A stretch of DNA of 64,000 bases. Source: Macrostomum hystrix. Its lineage: Eukaryota; Animalia; Platyhelminthes. The position numbers were made by a program, and so were the translations under genes. Position 1 is the first letter of the stretch, and every line of letters begins with the position of its first letter. Below, piece after piece: positions 48,139 to 59,394 of this stretch. Location: assembly GCA_950097015.1 (NCBI GenBank), contig CATNEN010000001.1, forward strand, positions 8,308,001 to 8,372,000, given 5' to 3'. Under the pieces are notes generated by a model. The model saw only the letters and a list, made by a program, of their open reading frames with translations, made no database searches and was not told the origin of the DNA.

Positions 48139-51100
48139 ATTTGCAGATAATCTATAAGTAGCTGCAGAGAGTAAGCAAAGTAGAATCTCCGAATTCTCTG
48201 AAAATTAAAAAGTAAATAAGTAAAAGTAAAGGTATTGCAAAAGTCGAAGTGAATATGAGTAAAAAAAGTGTTTTTAAAAGGTGTTTAAAATGTTCCAATG
48301 GAGTTAAGGTAGTTAAAAGGATGGTAAAAGTGTATATCTTGGTTTCACTAGCTAGAGAAACCTAGCTTTTAGCTCAATGCTCCTGAGCTGCAGCTCATTG
48401 CTCATGGATGATGTCAGAGGCAATTCAGATGAAAGCTTGAAAGAAAAGTGAAATGTGGCTACAAATAATTGAAAAGCCTGAAAGGAATTTAGGATTTAAG
48501 AAAGTGAAAGCAGTTAAAAGGATGGTAAAAACTTAGCAAACTGCAGTGAGGCTTTGTACATCTTAACTGGTCCTTATCACACAAGCTGGAATGGTGGCTT
48601 TGCTTGCTATCTTCAGGCTGGCATCTGAGAACTGGTAAGGCTTGGCTAATCATTTGTTGTAAAGTGTTTGCTAGATACCCAACCCAAAATTGTTGGTTAG
48701 CTCCTGCAAAGCAATAACAATTGATCCCAGTGTACACTAGAGTTATATAACTTTGCTCTGAAATTTCCTTATAATGACTATTTATTTATCAACTTTATTT
48801 TACCAGGTCTTTATCACACTGGCTCACTAGCTGGAATTGTGGCATCTGGCTGTCTTCACTCTCATGGTATAGCTAAGGGCATATGAGAACTAATCACATA
48901 GGATCAAAGGCTATGGTAAGTGCTTAAGTACATAATCATTTTTAGTGTTAGCCCAACCCAGCCCAAGATACCAACACACAATTGCTGGTTGATTGAGCTC
49001 TTAGTTTTGATAATGCATGCACAGTAGTTTGCCTTGAGCTATTGGTTTTGAGACTGCATGAGCAGTAGTTTGCCTTAAAGCTGCTGTTTATCAAATTCTC
49101 TCCTCTCCTCTTCTCCTCTCCCCCCTCCTCTTCTCCTCTCCTCTCCTCTTCTCCTCTCCCCCCTCCTCTTCTCCTCTCCTCTCCCCCCTCCTTTCCTCTG
49201 CTCTTCTTTCCTCTCCTCTTCTCTCCTGCCTTTATTCTCCTCTTCTTTTCTTGTTTCTATAAGCAATATAAGTGATCCTAGTGTACACTAGAGTTATTTG
49301 GTCTAGTACAGTTATATAACTTTGCTATGAAATTTCCTTATAATGACTATTTATTTATCAACTTTATTTTACCAGGTCTTTATCACACTGGCTCACTAGC
49401 TGGAATTGTGGCATCTGGTTGTCTTCACTCTCATGGTATAGCTAAGGGCATATGAGAACTAATCACATAGGATCAAAGGCTATGGTAAGTGCTTAAGTAC
49501 ATAATCATTTTTAGTGTTAGCCCAACCCAGCCCAAGATACCAACACACAATTGCTGGTTGATTGAGCTCTTAGTTTTGATAATGCATGCACAGTAGTTTG
49601 CCTTGAGCTATTGGTTTTGAGACTGCATGAGCAGTAGTTTGCCTTAAAGCTGCTGTTTATCAAATTCTCTCCTCTCCTATTCTCCTCTCCCCCCTCCTCT
49701 TCTCCTCTCCTCTCCTCTTCTCCTCTCCCCCCTCCTCTTCTCCTCTCCTCTCCCCCCTCCTCTCCCCCTCTCCCCTCCTTTCCTCTGCTCTTCTTTCCTC
49801 TCCTCTTCTCTCCTGCCTTTATTCTCCTCTTCTTTTCTTGTTTCTATAAGCAATATAAGTGATCCTAGTGTACACTAGAGTTATTTGGTCTAGTACAGTT
49901 ATATAACTTTGCTATGAAATTTCCTTATAATGACTATTTATTTATCAACTTTATTTTACCAGGTCTTTATCACACTGGCTCACTAGCTGGAATTGTGGCA
50001 TCTGGCTGTCTTCACTCACATGGTATAGCTAAGGGCATATGAGAACTAATCACATAGGATCAAAGGCTATGGTAAGTGCTTAAGTACATAATCATTTTTA
50101 GTGTTAGCCCAACCCAGCCCAAGATACCAACACACAATTGCTGGTTGATTGAGCTCTTAGTTTTGATAATGCATGCACAGTAGTTTGCCTTGAGCTATTG
50201 GTTTTGAGACTGCATGAGCAGTAGTTTGCCTTAAAGCTGCTGTTTATCAAATTCTCTCCTCTCCTCTTCTCCTCTCCCCCCTCCTCTTCTCCTCTCCTCT
50301 TCTCCTCTCCCCCCTCCTCTTCTCCTCTCCTCTTCTCCTCTCCCCCCTCCTCTTCTCCTCTCCTCTTCTCCTCTCCCCCCTCCTCTTCTCCTCTCCTCTC
50401 CCCCCTCCTCTCCCCCTCTCCCCTCCTTTCCTCTGCTCTTCTTTCCTCTCCTCTTCTCTCCTGCCTTTATTCTCCTCTTCTTTTCTTGTTTCTATAAGCA
50501 ATATAAGTGATCCTAGTGTACACTAGAGTTATTTGGTCTAGTACAGTTATATAACTTTGCTATGAAATTTCCTTACAATGACTATTTATTTATCAACTTT
50601 ATTTTACCAGGTCTTTATCACACTGGCTCACTAGCTGGAATTGTGGCATCTGGCGGTCTTCACTCTCATGGCATAGCTAAGGGCATATGAGAACTAATCA
50701 CATGATTAAAGGCTATGGTAAGTGCTTGAGTACATAATCATTTTTAGTGTTAGCCCAACCCAGCCCAAGATACCCAACACACAATTGCTGGTTGCTTGAG
50801 CTCTTAGTTTTGATAATGCATGCACAGTAGTTTGCCTTCAGCTATTGGTTGTGATACTGCATGAGCAGTTAGTTTGCCTTGAAACTGCTGTTTATGAAAT
50901 TCTCTCCTCTCCTCTTCTCCTCCCCCTCCTCTTCTCCTCTCCTCTCCCCCTCTCCCCTCCTTTCCTCTGCTCTTCTTTCCTCTCTTCTTTCCTCTCCTCT
51001 CCCCCCTCCTCTCCCCCTCTCCCCTCCTTTCCTCTGCTCTTCTTTCCTCTCCTCTTCTCTCCTGCCTTTATTCTCCTCTTCTCTTCTTGTTCCTACAAGC

Positions 51101-53222
51101 AATATAAGTGATCCTAGTGTACACTAGAGTTATTTGGTCTGGTACAGTTATATAACTTTGCTCTGAAATTTCCTTATAATGACTATTTATTTATCAACTT
51201 TATTTTACCAGGTCTTTATCATACTGGCTCACTAGCTGGAATTGTGGCTTCTGGTTGTCTTCACTCTCATGGTATAGCTAAGGGCATATGAGAACTAATC
51301 ACATATGATTAAAGGCTATGGTAAGTGCTTGAGTACAAAATCATTTCTCAGTGTTAGCCCAACCCAGCCCAAGATACCCAACACACAAATTTTTTGCTGG
51401 TTGCTTGAGCTCTCAGTTTTGATAATGCACGCACAGCAGATTGCCTTGAGCTATTGGTTTTGATACTGCATGAGCAGTTGTTTGCCTTGAAACTGCTGTT
51501 TATGAAATTCCTCTAGCTAGTGACTATTTATTTATGAACACTATTTTCCCCAGGTCTTTATAACACTAGCTAGAATTGTGGCATTGCTAGCTATCTTTAC
51601 TGAGTTATCTGATGTACTAGAGTGTACACTTGAGCTATCAGATCTTGTACATTTATGCTCAAGCCCCATACACAGTTCATACCAGCCCTGTATAATTACC
51701 TCAATTGTGGTCCTATTTAATCTAATATAGCTAACAATCCTTTATAAGCTCTTATCAGCCTTCTGCCCCTTCTTGCCTAGCTATAGATCTAAATACAAAC
51801 AGCAAACCAACTGTCTCACCTCTCACACCTAACAGGACAAGGAGAGCCTATCTAACAGGACAAGGAGTCGCAAGAATCCTAGTCTGGTGTTGAAGCTGAA
51901 TGGCCAACAATCAACAACAGCCTGTTGAGTGCCAACCAAAAAGACATGATTGACTAACTGTGAATAAACTAATCTTGTACTGAATGCCTTTATGAATATT
52001 GATTAAACTGAGGCCCTCTTTTTATCCCTAGTTGACATTTCAAAATTTGATAATATAGATAAACACAGAACTTGAGCTGCTATAAGAGACTTAAAGGTAA
52101 AAAGGTAAAAATGTGCCTTCTGTAAAAACTGTAGCTACAGTGCATAAATATTTCAGAACCTATACACAAACTTCATAAGAACACACTTTGCTGCTGTATT
52201 CACATAACATACTCTAAATACAAATGCCAACTCAAATAATTATGACATGGCTGAAATTCCTAGCAATTAAATGCTTGAAATAATAATTAGCTTTGCAAAA
52301 TAAACTTTCCCTATGTTTCGTGAAGAATTGGCAGGAAAAAATCTCATGAGTCTTTGTATTTATTTCGTCTTGTCTAATTAATTTCAGTGTCAACTTATGT
52401 TGATCGGTTTGAAATTTCACACGGGCATTAGATTAACGGAGAAGTGAAAGTGAAAGTGAAAACAAAGGTTTGCAGTGCATTGCAGTTTAAAAAGTGATTT
52501 GCTCAAGCCAAAATAAATGTGAATTCTCAAATTCTACGTTTGAGAAATATGTGATATATGAAATATGTTTATGATTTTCTAACTATTGCTGTGTGACTGG
52601 CTTTTTGAAGGACAAAAACGCTTTTTCACTGGCTGTTGTTAAGCCAAAGTGGCGTCAAGACTGACAATGCCGTAGGAAATTAGCGCTGTACATTATGAAA
52701 ATTCTAACTACAACTGTGTAATGCTGCTGCAGTTCTAAATATCAATTCGGTTTTGGTTTTCTCGCTTTTTAATTTTATAAAACAAAATATTTTTACGAAG
52801 ATCAAGCTGCTGGCTGCAGAAGTGTTCAGTCCATGGACTGGGTTACGCCATGCTGACCCTTATCTAAAAATTCTGAAGTTTGTTTTCTCAAAGGGAACAA
52901 CGACTCAGAGAACTTAAAGCCCGTCAGAACTTCAGAATAAGCCGCCTGTCCACCTGTGTTGACAGTCATTTTTTAATTCACACGCTCGTTGCAACGAAGA
53001 TGATCTATCTAATTGTTTGCTTATGAAGTTTGTTTTTAGATAAGGCACATTTGGGAGAATCTAGGCTGAACATGACAGCTAAAACTGCAGAACATTCTAG
53101 AACATTCTGGAACGGAATTCATTTCACGAGTGAAGCGGGGATAGAGGAAAGGAAACAGGGGGTTGGCGGTGCCGGGGGTACTTATAAAATTATAAACTCG
53201 GCCGGTCGATTTCGAAATTTCG

Positions 53223-53591
53223 ATGGAGCTCCGAATTAACAAAACACGAACCACGCGCCCAGTAGAGTTGATGGAGCATAGGAGAATCAGCAAGCAGGTG
53301 ATGGAGCAGCAGCGCAGAGCCAGAATTAATGCCAGCTTGGACAGACTCATAGAGCTGCTGCAGGCCAACAAGGTGATAAAACCGTACCGGATTAAGCGCC
53401 TAGAGAAGGCCGACATCCTGGAGCTGACTGTTAAGCTGCTGCTGAATGGCTCAGCCAAGACTCAATCTACGGCCATGAGCTTCTGCTGCAAGTCTTCGGC
53501 CTCATCAACGGTGTCGGCTTTGTCTACTGACGAAGAATCTAGCCAGTCGATGGACCAGGAGGGAGCCCAGCCTGTGTGGCGTCCTTGGTAA
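53223..53591 (+). CDS. hes: Intronless HES bHLH-WRPW gene, copy 2 (122 aa)
   Basis: Differs from 32922-33290 at 3 residues and keeps the canonical RARIN. Confidence 0.93.
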   Translation: MELRINKTRTTRPVELMEHRRISKQVMEQQRRARINASLDRLIELLQANKVIKPYRIKRLEKADILELTVKLLLNGSAKTQSTAMSFCCKSSASSTVSALSTDEESSQSMDQEGAQPVWRPW

Positions 53592-55532
53592 CCGGCCCCT
53601 GGCAACAGCATCCGGCATTCCAGCATAAGTCAACTTAGTGAATTAGTTTCGTCGTTTTTTTATTTAGTTGTCATGGACTGATTATCCCCAAACTGGGGAT
53701 CTGGGATTGTCACGAAACTGAGGATCTGGGATTGTCACGAAACTGAGAATCTGGGATTGTCACCAAACTGAGGATCTGGGATTGTCACCAAACTGAGGAT
53801 CAGGGATTGTCACCAAACTGAGGATCTGGGATAATTGTCATTAAACTGAGGATCTGGGATTGTCACGAAACTGAGGATCTGGGATTGTCCCAAACAGAGG
53901 ATCTGGGATTGTCACCAAACAGAGGTTCTGGGATTGTCACCAAACTGAGGATCTGGGATAATTGTCATTAAACTGAGCTTTAAATTTTTATATATTGTTG
54001 TATCATTGTATCGTTGTATCGTATCAATGTTGTATCATTGTTGTTGTGTTGTATCAGTGTTGTATCAATGCTTAGTTCATTTCATTGTTTGAAACTTTTT
54101 ACCTGGGGGATTATCACCAATCTGGGATTGTAACCAAACTGAGGATCTGGGATTGTCATTAAACTGAGCTTTAAATGTTTATATATTGTTGTATCATTGT
54201 ATCGTTGTATCGTATCAATGTTGTATCATTGTTGTTGTGTTGTATCAGTGTTGTATCAATGCTTAGTTCATTTCATTGTTTGAAACTTTTTACCTGGGGG
54301 ATTATCACCAATCTGGGATTGTAACCAAACTGAGGATCTGGGATTGTCATTAAACTGAGCTTTAAATGTTTATATATTGTTGTATCATTGTATCGTTGTA
54401 TCGTATCAATGTTGTATCATTGTTGTTGTGTTGTATCAGTGTTGTATCAATGCTTAGTTCATTTCATTGTTTGAAACTTTTTATCTGGGGGATTATCACC
54501 AATCTGGGATTGTCCCAAACTGAGGATCTGGGATTGTCACCAAACAGAGGATCTGGGATTGTAACCAAACTGAGGATCTGGGATAATTGTCATTAAACTG
54601 AGGATCTGGGATAATTGTCATTAAACTGAGCTTTAAATGTTTATATATTGTTGTATCATTGTATCGTTGTATCGTATCAATGTTGTATCATTGTTGTTGT
54701 GTTGTATCAGTGTTGTATCAATGCTTAGTTCATTTCATTGTTTGAAACTTTTTATCTGGGGGATTATCACCAATCTGGGATTGTCCCACACTGAGGATCT
54801 GGGATTGTCACCAAACAGAGGATCTGGGATTGTAACCAAACAGAGGTTCTGGGATTGTCACCAAACTGAGGATCTGGGATAATTGTCATTAAACTGAGCT
54901 TTAAATGTTTATATATTGTTGTATCATTGTATCGTTGTATCGTATCAATGTTGTATCATTGTTGTTGTGTTGTATCAGTGTTGTATCAATGCTTAGTTCA
55001 TTTCATTGTTTAAAACTTTTTATCTGGGGGATTATCACCAATCTGGGATTGTAACCAAACTGAGGATCTGGGATTGTCATTAAACTGAGCTTTAAATGTT
55101 TATATATTGTTGTATCATTGTATCGTTGTATCGTATCAATGTTGTATCATTCTTGTTGTGTTGTATCAGTGTTGTATCAATGCTTAGTTCATTTAATTGT
55201 TTGAAACTTTTTATCTGGGGGATTATCACCAATCTGGGATTGTCCCACACTGAGGATCTGGGATTGTCACCAAACAGAGGATCTGGGATTGTAACCAAAC
55301 AGAGGTTCTGGGATTGTCACCAAACTGAGGATCTGGGATAATTGTCATTAAACTGAGCTTTAAATGTTTATATATTGTTGTATCATTGTATCGTTGTATC
55401 GTATCAATGTTGTATCATTGTTGTTGTGTTGTATCAGTGTTGTATCAATGCTTAGTTCATTTAATTGCTTAATTTTTTTAATTAACTAATACAAACCATT
55501 AAATAAATAAATAATTAAATAAATATATGCTC

Positions 55533-55633
55533 TTGACTTACTTGACTTAGCGGCAGGGAGCCTCCATGACGGACGCAGCGAGGAGGCGGCCGGTGCCGCC
55601 CATATCGGAAGCTTAGACTTAGAAGCTTATCGG
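55533..55633 (-). mobile_element. 101-bp insertion with 11-bp target-site duplication, likely a 5'-truncated non-LTR retroposon
   Basis: AATATATGCTC at 55522-55532 and 55634-55644, but only once in the paralogous site (34122). TAAGTCAAG-type tandem tail. Confidence 0.7.
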
Positions 55634-56621
55634 AATATATGCTCAGTTAAAGAGTGACTATAAGCATGCCAAACTTTATCGGGTCGGATTCAATTGAAAA
55701 TCTATCTAGAAATGATTTCCTACACGACTGAGTTGGTTTCTATTCTCAAATGATTTCCACTCGAACTTATTAACCTGGAAAGTCACCTAGAAAATTTTAT
55801 CTTGACTCTGACTATGTCAGTACTATATGGCTGTCGTCGGTATCCCAATAGATTTGAGCACAGTTTATCGAGTCGGATTCAATTGAAAATCTATCTAGAA
55901 ATGATTTCCTACACGACTGAGTTGGTTTCATGATTTTAAATGATTTCCACTCGAACTTATTAACCTGGAAAGTCACCTAGAAAATCCCGGGCTCTATGAG
56001 CAATGGGATATTGCATGCATGCGACTTTCCCAGTGCTATTTTTAGAGCAGCACATGAACAAACAGAGCTGGGAATTGCCGTTCGAGCTGAGCATGACAGC
56101 TAGGACTGATAAGAAGTTTCTAGAACGGAAATCAGCGGAGCGGGGATAGAGACGTTTTCTAGCACCGAAAATGTAAAGGAAAGACATGCGTTCACGCATG
56201 TACATGTTGGCAATAAAGCTATTTAGAAAGCAGCGAAAAGTGACGTACAGTCACACAGTTTTAAAGCTCACCAGAACTCTAGAGCAGTGTCTCGTTGGCA
56301 CATTGAGGATCTGGGATTGTCACCAAACTGAGGATCTGGGTTGTCATTAAACTGAGCTTTAAATTTTTACTTGTTGTATACCGACTGAACACATGCGGGA
56401 TGAAGGCTTAGTTCATTTCGTTGTTTCAAACATTTTAATTAACTAATACAAATCTTAAAACAAATATATGTCTATAAATATATGGTCAGTTAAAGAGTGA
56501 CTAAGCATGCCAAACTTAACTGGTGCCTACGAGAGAAATCAACTAATGCGAAACTAAAAATTTAAACTCTTTCTGTCTCAAATCTTTTCTTTGATCTCTT
56601 TCTGACTTCTCATGCCATTAA

Positions 56622-59394
56622 CCTCTTCAAACCTAAGCTCTAACGCCTACACAGTCAGTTCTGCCGGATGGCCAGCAGGACTGGCCATAGACTATTTTTG
56701 CTCGCTTCTTCACTCTCTTAACCTCCGGTAAACAAAAATAAGCCCAGACCTTCCCTATTTTCAGTCTCTTTTTCTCTCCAAAAAATGGCTTTAGCCCCCA
56801 GACGCTCTTTAAGAGTTGCGGCCTTAGAAGCCAGACGCGCTCTAGGCTTGCACAGTGATTCAGAAAGCAGCTCAGACGGCGAAACGGAATCTGACAATTC
56901 TGAATTTGAAGAAGGAACTGGAGATGAAGGAATGGACGAAACACAGCAGACTCCAGAGGTTCAAGCAACGCCATGGCAAATCGTAAATGAACATACTGAT
57001 GCGATTCATGTCCAACAGCGAGAGTTTTTGGGCACCCCGGGAATCAACCCTGGCTTGAATCCGTCGGACAACATCGAAGACAACTTAAATCTTTTTTTAA
57101 CACCAGAGTTGTTTGAGCATCTGGCCCACTGGACCAACAACCGAGCTCAGCGAGCTAGACAAGAATTTGAATCTCATCAGGACGCTGAAGATCCACTCCC
57201 AGCTAAATTGAGCGCGTGGTACGACTGCACGGCAAACGAGATAATGAAGTATGTTGGCATGGTGCTCTACATGGGGCTTAACAGAAGGGTGGAATTACGG
57301 CAGTACTGGTTTATTGATGCGTTCTACGCTACTCCGTACTTTCAACTACCCTGTTGTCTGTCGCGGGATCGCTTTGCAAACATCTCATCGTTTCTGCGAT
57401 TTTACGACTGCCAATCAGAGGACGAGGAAGACGTCCTGGGGAAAATCCGACCGTTTATGAACATCCTGCAGGGCTGCTTCAAGAGTGTCTATATGCCAGA
57501 GAGAGAAGTCGCTGTTGATGAAACCCTGGTGCACTTCAGGGGACGATTCAAGTGCAAGCAGTACATACCAACCAAGCGAGCCCGCTATGGTATCAAGATG
57601 TACTGCTTGTGTGAGTCGTCAACAGGCTACCTCAGCAATTTCGAGGTTCACTCCACGTTGGAAGCGAATCAGCAAGTAGGGGTGGAGCTTAATGACGGAA
57701 CACTAACCTTTGGCGGAAGGGTTGTTGCCGAGCTCTGCCGAGAGATCTTGGGCCTGGGATACCATGTTTACTGCGACAGCTACTTCGGCTCCTTGTCCCT
57801 AGCAGAGTTCCTGGACACCAGAGGCACCCTGCTGACTGCAACAGTTAGGGCCGATCGCGGAATTCCAGCAGAGCTCAGGGACTTAAGGCTTACTGCGCCG
57901 GGCACTGCCTTCATGCGCAACGAATCCATACTCGCCGTAAAAATCACGGATAGGAAAGCCAGCGGAGTTAAGCAGCTCTATATGCTGGACTCAGCGAATG
58001 TCGCCGCAGAACATGAAGTAACACGGGTTGGACATGGTGGGCGCCAGGAACGAGTGCGGAAATCACGGTCTGTGCTGGACTACAACAAGCATATGGGTGG
58101 CGTGGACCGCCTAGATGCAACCGTGCAACCCTATAGACCTGATCGAAAGACCTTCCGCTGGTTCGTGCGCCTCGGTGTCCACATGATGTTGGTATCATGC
58201 AGGAATGCTTGGGTAGTGTACACGCGCTGTGGAGGAAAAAAGGTTTTCGGGCAGTTTCTGGACTCAGCAGTGCGACACATGATCGAATCGACCGGTCCCG
58301 GTCGTAAGAGGAAGCTTCACCTGGGTCCTGTGAGAGTCGGAACCGGGCACCTGCCAAGAAAGTTGCCGCCAACGGACAAGCAAGCTCACCCGACAAAGCG
58401 ATGCCGAGTGTGCTTCAAAGGTCAGTCTGCCAGGAAAACAGTTTTCTGCTGCCCTGAATGCGTCGGCCAGCCTGGGTTGTGTCTTGAAGGCTGTTTTGAA
58501 CGTTGGCATGCGGCGGCTGAGATGTAAGGATAAACAATTTTTTCTATGTTAAATACTTTCAAATCTGGAAAAGCGTACAGTCTAGGGCACACGTTTTTAG
58601 TAAACTTTTTTATATTTTGCGCATGCACACATGTAAAACCTGTTTAAAATGAAAAAAACTGCAGCAACGTTACCGCTTCATGTGTTTTTGTTCAGTTGTT
58701 TGTATATTGTTAAATGCGCGTCAAATTTTGAAATTTCTCCCACTAGAAGATGATCTCGTTTTGATTTGATCTATTTTGATTCGCCTAGACAACTGATTGT
58801 TCACAGTAGAATTTTAGACCATTTTATTACGTCTTAAAAGCTATAGTCGTATCATCTAGCATATTTATATTTTTGGAATTAAAATATGATTGTGATGAGT
58901 CTTTATCTGTAAATAGCTCGTGCATTTACTGGTAATAGCTGCGTAATGTCTCGAAATATATGGAGAAAAAAACTTTTCTTGTACATGTGTCTCCTTAATA
59001 CAGAATTTTAACCATCACGTTCTACATGTACACACGTATTAGGTATTTAAATTTTTCCGCTGCAAAACTATTCCAATATGTTTTTTGCTCGTAATATATG
59101 CCCAAAATCAACAGTTTTGTTGGAGGTTGTCTGAAAAGATCATCATATTTTATACACCCGTATTAGCACTTGTTGATTTACATGTAATAAACGGTATACC
59201 ACTGTTAAATATCTTTTGTCTGAAAGGTTACGCCAAGAAATGCAAAGCTATTTTCGATTTTGTTTCATGGCCAGCTGGGCTGGCCATTCCGGCAGTTGGG
59301 ACCGTGTAGCTTTTCAACATGAAACTCCCATAGACTATGGGCAGTTTGCTTAGTGAGCCATGGCCAGCAGGGATGGCCATCCGGGTTTTCGGGG
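56622..59394 (+). mobile_element. piggyBac transposon
   Basis: TTAA|CC at 56618-56623 and GG|TTAA at 59393-59398. Subterminal inverted repeats CCGGATGGCCA..CTGGCCA at 56648-56690, 59267-59309 and 59361-59384. Confidence 0.8.
56785..58527 (+). CDS. piggyBac transposase, intact 580 aa
   Basis: AVDET, YIPTKRARYGIK, YCDSYF, YNKHMGGVDRLD (DDD triad) and the C-terminal Cys-rich domain CRVC..CPEC..LCLEGCFERWH. Confidence 0.96.
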   Translation: MALAPRRSLRVAALEARRALGLHSDSESSSDGETESDNSEFEEGTGDEGMDETQQTPEVQATPWQIVNEHTDAIHVQQREFLGTPGINPGLNPSDNIEDNLNLFLTPELFEHLAHWTNNRAQRARQEFESHQDAEDPLPAKLSAWYDCTANEIMKYVGMVLYMGLNRRVELRQYWFIDAFYATPYFQLPCCLSRDRFANISSFLRFYDCQSEDEEDVLGKIRPFMNILQGCFKSVYMPEREVAVDETLVHFRGRFKCKQYIPTKRARYGIKMYCLCESSTGYLSNFEVHSTLEANQQVGVELNDGTLTFGGRVVAELCREILGLGYHVYCDSYFGSLSLAEFLDTRGTLLTATVRADRGIPAELRDLRLTAPGTAFMRNESILAVKITDRKASGVKQLYMLDSANVAAEHEVTRVGHGGRQERVRKSRSVLDYNKHMGGVDRLDATVQPYRPDRKTFRWFVRLGVHMMLVSCRNAWVVYTRCGGKKVFGQFLDSAVRHMIESTGPGRKRKLHLGPVRVGTGHLPRKLPPTDKQAHPTKRCRVCFKGQSARKTVFCCPECVGQPGLCLEGCFERWHAAAEM

